From assembly GCA_030141605.1 (NCBI GenBank), contig JAQGDQ010000365.1:169519-233518 (forward strand): a stretch of DNA of 64,000 bases. Reading direction: 5' to 3'. The notes beneath the pieces were generated by a model. It was not told where the DNA came from and ran no database searches. It was given only the letters and a program-made list of their open reading frames with translations. The position numbers and the translations under genes were made by a program. Below, piece by piece: positions 1-9,968 of the stretch. Each line of letters starts with the position of its first letter. Position 1 is the stretch's first letter. This stretch comes from Tubiluchus corallicola (lineage: Eukaryota > Animalia > Priapulida).

Positions 1-1530
1 TCAATAGTCGACGTCACAGAAAAAAATCCATCTACTGACAATACATTTTCCTTCTCAACAGGAGAATTTATAGACTCCCTTATGATAAAAGGAAATGTGA
101 TAGATCTATTTAAAAATGATTCCTTAAAAAATGTACTCGTAGGACTTTACAAAGTTGAAGATTCTAACGACACCTTAAATAAGATTCCTTACTATTTTAC
201 AGAAACAACAGAAAAAGGTTTTTTCAAAATGGAAAATATCAAGGAGGGAAAATATTTTATCCATGCCATTAAAGATGAAAATTCCAATCTAATTCTTGAA
301 TCACAAGAAGAAATGTATGGGTTCATAAAAGACACAATAGAAATAAAAGACACTACTCTGAGTGTAGATATTTTTTTAATAAAACAAGATATCACCCCAT
401 TTAAACTTCTCAATGCTAGAAATTTTGGAAAATACTTTAATATAAACTTTAGTAAAGAAATAAAAGAGTATTCCATAGAGACAGAAGAGGATTTTACACT
501 ATTTTACAACAAAACAGATGAAGATAAAAGCTTGGTTTTATATAATACATTAGATATCAACAATTTAAACCAAGATGATAGCATAAAAATATTTATTACA
601 GCATTTGATACCATACAACAAGAGGTAAAAGACACTCTATTGCTCAAATTCCCAGAATCAAAAAGAAGTAAAGAAGAATTCCATCAACAACTAATAGTAG
701 AAAAAGAAATAACCCTTCCCAACATATCTGCAAAAATGTCTTTTAACAAACCAATATTAAACTTTAAAACAGACAGCATCCTTTTTCTCTTTGACTCCAT
801 AGCAGTTGGAACACTAAAAAAAGAAGACTACAAATGGAATAAAGAAAAAACTCTTTTCTCTTTCAACATTCTTATAAACACCTCTAAAATGGATTCTATA
901 AAGATAGATAAAGAAAAAAAATCTAAGGAAAAATTAGAAGAAGAAGAAAAAAGTAATAATGCACTCAGCAACACCGACACTACTGTCAATGTAAATGATA
1001 CACTCCCTCCCCCTACAAACATTCTTGACAACGCAGACACCCTTCTGCAAAAAACAGAAAGCAGAACAAAAGAAGACAACTTAATAAAAAGAAGAGAAAA
1101 ACAAGAAAAAGAAAAACAAGAAAACAAAGAAGAACTTCTATTCTCCGGACTACAACTATACATTCCTGAGAATAGTTTTATTTCAGTAGAAAAAGATAGT
1201 AGTAAAACAGAACTATCTAATCATAGCATTCTGACAGACGAAAAATACGGAATATTAAAAGGAAAAATAATAACAGACAAAAATATACACAGCATACAAT
1301 TGCTAACGGGAGAAAACATAGTAAAACAGACAAAAGACAAAGAATACATATTTAACCATTTACTTCCCGGAAAATATAAAATGAGAATATTGATAGACAA
1401 TAATAATAACGGAAAGCATGACATGGGAAACATATTAAAAAGAGAAGAACCTGAAGAGGTAATACACTTTCCACAAGAAATAATTATCAGAGAAAACTGG
1501 GAACTTATTAACGAAGATTTATCTTTTTAA
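1..1530 (+). CDS. Ig-like (Big_5-type) domain-containing envelope protein, 5'-truncated by window edge
   Basis: Frame is open from base 1 (SIVDVTEKNP...FSFSTGEFIDSLMIKGNV). The FSTG..IDSL motif and the C-terminal LLPGKY..RILIDNNNNGKHD.GN...EPE..IRENWE are typical of this conserved Bacteroidota protein. Contains a K/E-rich low-complexity insertion. Confidence 0.75.
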   Translation, partial: SIVDVTEKNPSTDNTFSFSTGEFIDSLMIKGNVIDLFKNDSLKNVLVGLYKVEDSNDTLNKIPYYFTETTEKGFFKMENIKEGKYFIHAIKDENSNLILESQEEMYGFIKDTIEIKDTTLSVDIFLIKQDITPFKLLNARNFGKYFNINFSKEIKEYSIETEEDFTLFYNKTDEDKSLVLYNTLDINNLNQDDSIKIFITAFDTIQQEVKDTLLLKFPESKRSKEEFHQQLIVEKEITLPNISAKMSFNKPILNFKTDSILFLFDSIAVGTLKKEDYKWNKEKTLFSFNILINTSKMDSIKIDKEKKSKEKLEEEEKSNNALSNTDTTVNVNDTLPPPTNILDNADTLLQKTESRTKEDNLIKRREKQEKEKQENKEELLFSGLQLYIPENSFISVEKDSSKTELSNHSILTDEKYGILKGKIITDKNIHSIQLLTGENIVKQTKDKEYIFNHLLPGKYKMRILIDNNNNGKHDMGNILKREEPEEVIHFPQEIIIRENWELINEDLSF

Positions 1531-1950
1531 TGTTATAAAGATATTTGTATCTACAAGTTATTAACATACAAGATGTCTATAACTTTATTTACAACAATTC
1601 CAAAATAAGTACTCATCCCCCTATTATCATATTACTTTTACTTTCCAACATTTTTTTTTTATTTCTTGTCACAGAATTATAAACGAATTTGAAAATTATA
1701 AACATACAAAGAACAAAAAACAATTCCACAATATTGTACTCACCTACTTATCAACAACTAAATTTATATTATTAATAACTAAACAATTACAATGTTAATA
1801 AAGCACTAATAAAGTATTTTTATCCTTATATCTATGTTAAAAAAAATAGTATCTTAGAGTTTTAAAGTTTTTTTTAACATATCCACATATATAATAAATG
1901 AATAATAATATTAAATTTCTTATTATATATTTCTTGTTAACAAGAGACTA
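1531..1950. other. putative chromosomal replication origin (oriC)
   Basis: Cluster of DnaA-box-like 9-mers: TTATTAACA 1558-1566, TTATTTACA 1585-1593, TTATAAACA 1696-1704, AATTCCACA 1722-1730, TTATCAACA 1748-1756, TGTTAATAA 1793-1801, ATATCCACA 1879-1887. An AT-rich TAA-repeat tract follows at 1888-1932. The + strand is C-rich to the left and G-rich to the right. Confidence 0.7.
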
Positions 1951-1976
1951 AGGTTTTTCAAAATAAAAAAAAAGAG

Positions 1977-1984
1977 TATATTTG
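1977..1984 (+). promoter_or_regulatory. Bacteroidota sigma-A -7 element (TATATTTG) for the flavoprotein-PFOR operon
   Basis: Matches TAnnTTTG, ~65-85 nt upstream of the possible start codons. Confidence 0.6.
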
Positions 1985-2048
1985 CGATTATTGTTTTAAA
2001 AAAAACTTTTATATCAATGCTTACTTAACTTTATTTATTAAGTAATTT

Positions 2049-3722
2049 ATGAAAAGTAATAAAAAATTCATGGAAGCAAAACAAATAACAAAATCTATAG
2101 ATCTGAAAGGAAGCGAGGAAATAACAGGTGCAGTAAGAACTAGAAAACCGTCATATGAAGATTTTTTGCCGCCCTGCAATATTGCTTGTCCCGCTGGAGA
2201 AAATATTCAAGGATGGTTGGCACTAGCTAGAGAAGGAGAATTTGAAAAAGCATGGAAGTTTATTATGAAAGACAATCCATTCCCTTCTATTTGCGGAAGA
2301 GCTTGTTACAAACCATGTGAAGAAGGTTGTAATCGCGTAAAATTTGATGGCACTGTTGGCATTAACTCTGTGGAAAAATTTTTAGGAGACTTAGCTATAA
2401 AAAACAACTGGAAAGTAGATTTATTGAAACCGAAGAATGGTAAAAAAGTATTGGTAGTAGGAGCAGGTCCTTCTGGCATGTCTGCCGCATATCATCTTAC
2501 AAGGTTAGGTTATGAAGTAGAAGTGAGAGAAGCCAATAAAATACATGGGGGGATGATGCAATTTGGAATACCAGCATACAGACTTCCTAAACAAGTCATA
2601 GATGATGAGTTCAATAGAATTATAGAATTAGGAGTGAAGGTGAGATGTGGGCATAAGGTGGAAGATATTGTAAGGGAGAAGAAAGAAGGAAAGTTTGATG
2701 CAGTGTATTTGTCTGTTGGAGCACATATTGGAAAAACAGTAAATGTAGAAGGAAATCCTACCACAAAAATAATAGAAGCAACAAGATTTTTAAAAAGTAT
2801 AAGTGAGGGAAATCCGCCAAAATTAGGTAAGAGAGTGGTAGTATATGGAGGTGGAAACACAGCTATAGATGCGTCAAGAAGTGCAAAGAGATTGGGAACA
2901 GAGGAGGTTATCATAGTATACAGAAGAGATAGAAAAAGCATGCCTGCTCATGATTTTGAAGTAGTGGAGGCATTGGAAGAAAATGTGAAGCTATTAGAAT
3001 TGAAAACCATTAAGGAAATAAAGGGAGACCTCTTTACATTAGAAATTATGAAGTTGGATGAAAAGGGAAAACCTCAACCAACAGGAAAAACAGAGGAGTT
3101 AAAAGATATAGATGATTTAATATTGGCTATTGGCCAGGATACTGATACTGAGTTTTTGAAGAAGATAGAAGAGTTAAAATTTGAATGGGATGGAACTGTT
3201 AAGGTAGATGAAACAATGCAAACAGGATATGAGGGAATATTTGCAGGAGGAGATATGGTACCTTTTGATAGAACTATAACAGTAGCTATTGGACATGGAA
3301 AAAAAGCAGCAAGAAATATAGACGGGTATCTGAAAGATAAACCTTATCAACCCTTACCAAAAAATAAAATAGTAGGGCATAATCGCTTGCGCTTGTGGTT
3401 CACTCCAGATGAACCACAAGTTCGTGAAGAAGAAATTTCTCTTGACAAGAGAATAAAAAGTTTTGAAGAGATAAAAAAAACAATAACAGATGTACAGGCA
3501 GTTTATGAGTCTAAAAGATGTTTTTCTTGTGGAAATTGTTTTGAGTGCGATGGCTGTTATAGTGCTTGTCCTGAAGGAGCCATTATAAAATTAGGAAAAG
3601 GAAAAAGATATAAATATAATTATGATTTGTGTACAGGGTGTGCCATATGTTATGAACAATGCCCATGTTATGCTATTGAGATGTATCGTGAGGAAGAAGA
3701 GAGTATAAAGCAAAATGATTAG
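2049..3722 (+). CDS. NAD(P)-dependent flavin/Fe-S oxidoreductase (GltD/NfnB/SudA-like) with C-terminal ferredoxin domain
   Basis: N-terminal Cys cluster (PPCNIACPAG, CGRACYKPCEEGC), GAGPSG FAD motif, GGGNTAID NADPH motif, C-terminal CFSCGNCFECDGCYSACP and CTGCAICYEQCPC. Start may be 2070 (MEAK). Confidence 0.85.
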   Translation: MKSNKKFMEAKQITKSIDLKGSEEITGAVRTRKPSYEDFLPPCNIACPAGENIQGWLALAREGEFEKAWKFIMKDNPFPSICGRACYKPCEEGCNRVKFDGTVGINSVEKFLGDLAIKNNWKVDLLKPKNGKKVLVVGAGPSGMSAAYHLTRLGYEVEVREANKIHGGMMQFGIPAYRLPKQVIDDEFNRIIELGVKVRCGHKVEDIVREKKEGKFDAVYLSVGAHIGKTVNVEGNPTTKIIEATRFLKSISEGNPPKLGKRVVVYGGGNTAIDASRSAKRLGTEEVIIVYRRDRKSMPAHDFEVVEALEENVKLLELKTIKEIKGDLFTLEIMKLDEKGKPQPTGKTEELKDIDDLILAIGQDTDTEFLKKIEELKFEWDGTVKVDETMQTGYEGIFAGGDMVPFDRTITVAIGHGKKAARNIDGYLKDKPYQPLPKNKIVGHNRLRLWFTPDEPQVREEEISLDKRIKSFEEIKKTITDVQAVYESKRCFSCGNCFECDGCYSACPEGAIIKLGKGKRYKYNYDLCTGCAICYEQCPCYAIEMYREEEESIKQND

Positions 3723-3750
3723 TAGATATAAATAAAAGATATAATAAAAT

Positions 3751-6700
3751 ATGGATGTAAAAGATAGAATGGTAACCATAGATGGTAATGAAGCAGCTGC
3801 TTATATTGCTTATAAAACAAGTGAGATTTGTGTTATTTATCCCATAACCCCATCTTCTCCAATGGCAGAGCAGGCGGATGCATGGGCGTCTAAAGGAGTG
3901 CCAAATATTTGGAATAATGTGCCAAATGTTACAGAAATGCATAGTGAAGCAGGGGTGGCAGGTACAGTGCACGGGGCTTTACAGTCAGGAGCTTTAACAA
4001 CGACATTTACAGCATCACAAGGACTTTTGTTAATGTTGCCGAATATGTATAAAATAGCAGGAGAACTGATGCCGACAGTGTTTCATGTTGCAGCGAGATC
4101 TTTGGCAACACAAGCACTCTCTATTTTCGGAGACCATTCAGATGTTATGTCTGCACGCATGACAGGGTTTGCCATGTTAGCGTCATCATCTGTACAAGAA
4201 GTACACGACATGGCGTTAGTAGCACATGCTGCAACATTGAAATCAAAAATTCCTTTCGTACATTTTTTTGATGGATTTAGAACTTCACACGAAGTGAATA
4301 AAATAAAACTCGCTTCTGATGAACAAATAAAAAAAATGATAAACAATGAATTTGTTTTTCAACACAGAGAAGAAGCAATGAATCCTAATAAACCAACCAT
4401 TAGAGGAACAGCCCAAAATCCAGATGTCTATTTTCAAGGAAGAGAAACAAGTAATAAATTTTATAAAGAGACCATAACAAAAGTAGAAGAAACAATGGAG
4501 GAGCTAGAAAAGGTGACGGGAAGAAAATACAAACTCTTTGATTATTACGGTGTGAAAAATCCAGATAAGGTGATAGTTATCATGGGCTCAGGAGGAGAAA
4601 CAGTAAAAGAAACAATAGATATGTTAGAGAAACAAGGAGAGAAAGTGGGAATTGTGCAGGTAAGATTATATAGACCTTTTTCTAACGAACATCTTTTGAA
4701 AGCAGTACCAAAAACAACAAAGTCTATTGCCGTACTTGATAGAACAAAAGAACCAGGGAGTGTAGGAGAACCCCTCTATTTAGATGTTTTATCTGCTTTT
4801 TCAGAAGCTTTAAATGATGGAAAAATTCAAAAATTACCTAAAATAATAGGCGGAAGATATGGGCTATCTTCAAAAGAATTTACTCCTGCAATGGTAAAAG
4901 CAATCTATGATGAATTAGAAAAAGAAGCTCCTAAGAATCATTTTACAATAGGAATAAATGATGACGTTACTAATAGCAGTTTAGAATATGACACCAATTT
5001 TAACATAGAAACAAAAGAAGTTACAAGAGCTCTCTTTTTTGGATTAGGTTCTGATGGAACCGTGGGAGCAAATAAAAATACAATTAAAATCATAGGAGAA
5101 AACACGCCTTTATATACACAAGGATATTTTGTTTATGATTCAAAAAAAGCTGGGTCTAGAACAATATCTCATCTAAGGTTTGGAGAAGAAGAAATAAACT
5201 CTCCATATTTGATACAGTCAGCTAATTTTATTGCTTGCCACAATTTTGAGTTTGTAAAGAAAATAGACATTTTGAAAAAAGCATCTGACAAAGCAACACT
5301 TTTACTTAATAGTCCTTTTTCTGCTGCTGATGTTTGGAATGAAATACCTCAGACATTGCAACAAAAAATAATAGACCACAACATAAACTTTTATGTAATT
5401 AATGCCTCAAAAGTAGCCAAAAATACAGGAATGGGAAGAAGAATTAATACTGTAATGCAAACATGTTTCTTTGCTCTTTCCAATGTATTACCCAAAGATG
5501 AGGCAATTAAAGAAATTAAAAATGCTATAGAAAAAACATACAGTAGAAAAGGAGAAGAAATAGTACAGAAAAACTTCAAGGCTGTAGATGAAACATTAAA
5601 ACATCTAGAAAAAGTGGACATTCCTACCAAAGTAGGATCAAATGTAACTATGGAAAAACCTATTACAGCTGATTCGACACATTTTGTAGAAGATGTCTTA
5701 TCTGTAATCATTTCAGGAGATGGAGATGATTTACCTGTAAGTAAAATACCCGTTAATGGAGTATATCCAAGTGGTACTTCTCGCTATGAAAAGAAAAACT
5801 TAACAGATTCTGTCCCTATATGGGACAATGATATCTGTATCCAGTGTGGAAGATGTAGTTTTGTTTGCCCACATAGTGTGATAAGAACAAAATCATTTGA
5901 TAAGAAAATACTTGAAACAGCTCCGAAACAATTTAAATCAGCACCGTTATCTGGCAGAGGGTTTCCAAACCATAGATATACGTTACAAGTCATTGTAGAT
6001 GAGTGTACTGGATGCGCTTTGTGCGTAGAAACGTGCCCCGTAAAGGACCCTGATTTCCCAGAAAAAAGAGCAATAAATATGGGAGAAAAGGCAGCAGTAT
6101 TAAAGCAGGAGCGAGAAAATTTCAAGTTTTTTGAAAAAAATATTCCTATTAATGATAGAAAAGATGTAAATTTTGGTGTGGTAAGAGGAGTACAATATCT
6201 TGAGCCATTGTTTGAATTCTCAGGAGCATGTGCAGGTTGTGGAGAAACACCATACGTAAGAACTGTTTCTCAGCTTTTTGGAGATAGACTTATGATAGCA
6301 AATGCAACAGGGTGTTCATCTATTTATGGAGGAAATCTACCAACTACCCCGTGGACAAAAAATGAAAAAGGAAGAGGACCTGCTTGGGCAAACTCTTTGT
6401 TTGAAGATAATGCTGAATTTGGTTTGGGTATGAGGTTGACGGCAAATAATAATAGAGACATTGCTAAGTCCTTGTGCTTGGAGTTCAGTAACGAAATAGG
6501 AGAAAGATTAGTAGAAGCAATAACAACGTCAATACAAGATGATGAAGTAGAGATAAACGCTCAACGTGCTCGTGTAGAAGAAATGAGAAAAAAATTAAAA
6601 GGAAATAATAATCCTAAAACAAAACATCTCTTGTCATTATCTGATTTCTTAATAAAAAGAAGTGTATGGCTTATGGGAGGTGACGGATGGGCATATGATA

Positions 6701-7341
6701 TAGGATATGGAGGATTAGACCATGTTATTTCAAGCGGAAAAGATGTAAACATTCTTGTATTAGATACAGAAGTCTACTCTAATACAGGAGGACAAATGTC
6801 TAAATCCACACCTATTGGTGTTATTGCAAAATTTGCGGCAGCAGGTAAAACCGTTTCTAAAAAAGACTTAGCTTTACAAGCTATTTCTTATGGTAGTGCA
6901 TATGTAGCAAGAATAGCTTTTGGAGCAAATCAAAGACAAACATTACAGGCACTAAGAGAAGCAGAACAGTTTCCAGGAACATCTTTGGTTATTGCATACA
7001 GTGCTTGTATAGAGCATGGAATTGATATGAGCAAGGGATTAGAGCAACAAAAACTTGCTGTAGATTCTGGATATTGGCCATTAATGAGATACAACCCTGT
7101 ATTGAAGCAACAAGGAAAAAATCCTTTGATACTTGATTCTCAAAGACCAAAAATATCATTGGAAGAATATGCATACAGAGAAAACCGCTATAAAACACTA
7201 TTACGAGAAAAACCCGAAATAGCAAAAAAATTAATGAAGTTTGCACAAGAAGAGGTATATAGAAAATGGGACATTTATGAAAAAATGTCTAAAGCAGAAA
7301 TAACAACAGAAGAATTCTCAAAAAAATTAGAATATGTATAA
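3751..7341 (+). CDS. nifJ: pyruvate:ferredoxin (flavodoxin) oxidoreductase, single-chain type
   Basis: DGNEAAA and IYPITPSSPMAE N-terminus, GLGSDGTVGANKN, two ferredoxin motifs (CIQCGRCSFVCP, CTGCALCVETCP), FEFSGACAGCGETPY, TPP motif GGDGWAYDIG; 1196 aa. Confidence 0.95.
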   Translation: MDVKDRMVTIDGNEAAAYIAYKTSEICVIYPITPSSPMAEQADAWASKGVPNIWNNVPNVTEMHSEAGVAGTVHGALQSGALTTTFTASQGLLLMLPNMYKIAGELMPTVFHVAARSLATQALSIFGDHSDVMSARMTGFAMLASSSVQEVHDMALVAHAATLKSKIPFVHFFDGFRTSHEVNKIKLASDEQIKKMINNEFVFQHREEAMNPNKPTIRGTAQNPDVYFQGRETSNKFYKETITKVEETMEELEKVTGRKYKLFDYYGVKNPDKVIVIMGSGGETVKETIDMLEKQGEKVGIVQVRLYRPFSNEHLLKAVPKTTKSIAVLDRTKEPGSVGEPLYLDVLSAFSEALNDGKIQKLPKIIGGRYGLSSKEFTPAMVKAIYDELEKEAPKNHFTIGINDDVTNSSLEYDTNFNIETKEVTRALFFGLGSDGTVGANKNTIKIIGENTPLYTQGYFVYDSKKAGSRTISHLRFGEEEINSPYLIQSANFIACHNFEFVKKIDILKKASDKATLLLNSPFSAADVWNEIPQTLQQKIIDHNINFYVINASKVAKNTGMGRRINTVMQTCFFALSNVLPKDEAIKEIKNAIEKTYSRKGEEIVQKNFKAVDETLKHLEKVDIPTKVGSNVTMEKPITADSTHFVEDVLSVIISGDGDDLPVSKIPVNGVYPSGTSRYEKKNLTDSVPIWDNDICIQCGRCSFVCPHSVIRTKSFDKKILETAPKQFKSAPLSGRGFPNHRYTLQVIVDECTGCALCVETCPVKDPDFPEKRAINMGEKAAVLKQERENFKFFEKNIPINDRKDVNFGVVRGVQYLEPLFEFSGACAGCGETPYVRTVSQLFGDRLMIANATGCSSIYGGNLPTTPWTKNEKGRGPAWANSLFEDNAEFGLGMRLTANNNRDIAKSLCLEFSNEIGERLVEAITTSIQDDEVEINAQRARVEEMRKKLKGNNNPKTKHLLSLSDFLIKRSVWLMGGDGWAYDIGYGGLDHVISSGKDVNILVLDTEVYSNTGGQMSKSTPIGVIAKFAAAGKTVSKKDLALQAISYGSAYVARIAFGANQRQTLQALREAEQFPGTSLVIAYSACIEHGIDMSKGLEQQKLAVDSGYWPLMRYNPVLKQQGKNPLILDSQRPKISLEEYAYRENRYKTLLREKPEIAKKLMKFAQEEVYRKWDIYEKMSKAEITTEEFSKKLEYV

Positions 7342-7363
7342 ATAATAAAACACAATTAGAATT

Positions 7364-9484
7364 ATGAAAAAACACTTAATAAAATTTATTGTCCTTTTAG
7401 TCATAGTAAACGCTTGTCACATGAAACAAGAAAACCCGCTATTGAAGCCATTCGATACTCCGTTTGGTGCCCCTCCATTTGATGAAATTAAAACAGAACA
7501 TTTTATCCCTGCTTTTAATGAAGCAATGAAAGAACAAAATTTAAGTATTGATAAAATTATCAATAATGCAGAAGAACCAACCTTTGATAATGTTATCATA
7601 GAATTAGAATACAGTGGCAGCCTTTTTACTAAAGTTGCATTGGTTTTTTACAATTTATTGAGCGCTAATTCTAATGATGAAATTAGAAAAGTAGCGAAAG
7701 AAATAGCTCCACTTAGGTCTAAGCATTATGATAATATTTTAATGAATGAAAAGCTATTTCAAAAAATAAAAAGTGTTTATGATCAAAGAGAAAGTTTGAA
7801 TTTAACAACGGAACAAAATATCCTATTAGAAAAAACGTACAAGAATTTTGTAAGAGGAGGAGCAAATCTAAACTTAGAACAAAAAGAAGAGCTCAAAAAA
7901 ATTAATGAACAGCTTTCTGTACTTACTCTCAAATTTGGAGAAAATGTACTTAAAGAAACTAATAATACCGAGCTATTAATATCTGATGAGAAAAACTTAG
8001 CAGGACTTACTGCCTCTATAAAGAGTGCTGCTTTTGAAACAGCTAAAGAAAAAGGAAAAGAAGGAGCATGGATAATAACACCCCAAAGACCAAGTGTATT
8101 TCCTTTTTTAAGATATGCCGAAAACAGAGAATTAAGAAAAAAAGCATTTGAAAACTATATATATAGAGGAGACAATAATAACGAATATGATAACAAAGAG
8201 ATAATAAAAGACATAGTTAAGTTGAGACTTCAAAAAGCACAGCTTTTAGGTTACAAAAATTATTCGGAATATACTTTGGAAAAAACTATGGCAGCAAAAC
8301 CAGAAAGAGTATATGACTTGTTAAATCAAATGTGGTATAAAGCTTTGAACGTTGCAAACAAAGAAGTTCAAGAGATGCAAAAAATTATAGATCAAGAAAA
8401 AGAGAGTTTTAAATTATCCCCTTGGGACTGGTGGTATTATGCAGAAAAAGTTAGAAAAGAAAAATATAATTTAGACGAAGAAGAGCTAAGTGAATATTTT
8501 GAATTAGAGAGTGTTAAACAAGGGTTGTTTGAAATTCTTGATAAACTTTATGGTATAACTTTTACAAAACTTGATAATGTACCATTATATCATCCTGATG
8601 CTATGGTGTATGAGGTGAAAGAAAAAGATGGAACACACATTGGGTTGCTATACATGGATTTTTTCCCAAGAGAAAGTAAGCGTGTTGGTGCTTGGATGAC
8701 ATCTTATAGAAAGCAAAGTAAAACGAAAGATGGAGAGATGATATTTCCTATAATATCAATAGTATGTAATTTTACAAAACCAACAAGCGATACCCCCGCT
8801 CTGTTATCTTTTGATGAAGTAACTACTTTCTATCATGAGATAGGACATGCACTGCATGGATTGTTTTCAAAATGCACATATCCTTCAGTTTCTGGAACGT
8901 CTGTTTATAGAGATTTTGTTGAGTTACCTTCTCAAATTATGGAAAATTGGATAAACGAACCAAAGGTATTATCTATGGTAGCAAAGCACTATAAGACAGG
9001 AAAACCTATTCCTAAAAATCTACTAGATAAAATGGAAAAAAGTAAATACTTTAATCAAGGATTTATTAATGTTGAACTTTTAGTAGCATCGCTATTGGAT
9101 ATGAAATGGCATACTCTTACAAAATATAATGTTAAAGACGTAAACGAGTATGAAGAAAAAGTGTTGAATACGTTGGGCTTAATTTCTGAAATAGTTCCAC
9201 GATATAGAAGCACATACTTTTCTCATATATTTAGTGGGGGTTATGCATCAGGATATTATAGCTACACTTGGAGTGCAATGTTAGATGCTGATGCATTTGA
9301 GGCGTTTAAAGAAAATGGATTATTTGACCCTACAACAGCTCAATCATTCCGAAAAAATATTTTAGAAAAAGGTGGTTCAGAAAAACCTATGGATTTGTAT
9401 AAATCTTTTAGAGGAGCTGAACCAAGTATAGATCCGGTTTTGAAAAGAAAAGGATTGGCAAATGTAGTAAAAGAGAAAATGTAA
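7364..9484 (+). CDS. dcp: M3 family metallopeptidase (peptidyl-dipeptidase Dcp-like), probable lipoprotein
   Basis: HEIGHALH zinc motif, DFVELPSQ, YFSHIFSGGYASGYYSYTW; N-terminal lipobox-like IVNAC. Confidence 0.9.
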   Translation: MKKHLIKFIVLLVIVNACHMKQENPLLKPFDTPFGAPPFDEIKTEHFIPAFNEAMKEQNLSIDKIINNAEEPTFDNVIIELEYSGSLFTKVALVFYNLLSANSNDEIRKVAKEIAPLRSKHYDNILMNEKLFQKIKSVYDQRESLNLTTEQNILLEKTYKNFVRGGANLNLEQKEELKKINEQLSVLTLKFGENVLKETNNTELLISDEKNLAGLTASIKSAAFETAKEKGKEGAWIITPQRPSVFPFLRYAENRELRKKAFENYIYRGDNNNEYDNKEIIKDIVKLRLQKAQLLGYKNYSEYTLEKTMAAKPERVYDLLNQMWYKALNVANKEVQEMQKIIDQEKESFKLSPWDWWYYAEKVRKEKYNLDEEELSEYFELESVKQGLFEILDKLYGITFTKLDNVPLYHPDAMVYEVKEKDGTHIGLLYMDFFPRESKRVGAWMTSYRKQSKTKDGEMIFPIISIVCNFTKPTSDTPALLSFDEVTTFYHEIGHALHGLFSKCTYPSVSGTSVYRDFVELPSQIMENWINEPKVLSMVAKHYKTGKPIPKNLLDKMEKSKYFNQGFINVELLVASLLDMKWHTLTKYNVKDVNEYEEKVLNTLGLISEIVPRYRSTYFSHIFSGGYASGYYSYTWSAMLDADAFEAFKENGLFDPTTAQSFRKNILEKGGSEKPMDLYKSFRGAEPSIDPVLKRKGLANVVKEKM

Positions 9485-9512
9485 GACTTATTACAGAAGC
9501 TATGTAGAAAAA

Positions 9513-9959
9513 ATGAAAAAAATAATTACTGTAATCTTCTTGTTATTATTAGTAATAATGTTTACTTCATCTGCACAACAGGTTGAGGGTAGAGTAGATG
9601 GCGCAAAGATAGAATTTCAACAGGAAAGTGTAGATTTTAAAAAGATTAAAAAAATATATCAAGAAGATACAGTAATCTATAAATTCATTTTTGAAAATGT
9701 AGGAACACGCCCTTTGCTGGTTCAAAATGTACTTACTTCTTGTGGTTGCGTGGTGTCTAGCTGGCCTCGCGAAGCAATCATGCCAAGGCAGCAAGCAATA
9801 TTAGAAATTGTTTTTCATGCTGATAAAAGATTAGGAGATCAAACCAAGAATATAACGGTAATCTCTAATTCGGTAGATGGAGAAAAGATTTTAAAAATAA
9901 AGTCAAAGATACTACCCGCAAAAAGAAACTATACAGGACGCCTTATAAAGTTTGAATAG
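9513..9959 (+). CDS. DUF1573 domain-containing protein
   Basis: Signal peptide; FIFENVGTRPLLVQNVLTSCGCVV..WP...I.P signature. Confidence 0.85.
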   Translation: MKKIITVIFLLLLVIMFTSSAQQVEGRVDGAKIEFQQESVDFKKIKKIYQEDTVIYKFIFENVGTRPLLVQNVLTSCGCVVSSWPREAIMPRQQAILEIVFHADKRLGDQTKNITVISNSVDGEKILKIKSKILPAKRNYTGRLIKFE

Positions 9960-9968
9960 GAAGTAAAG

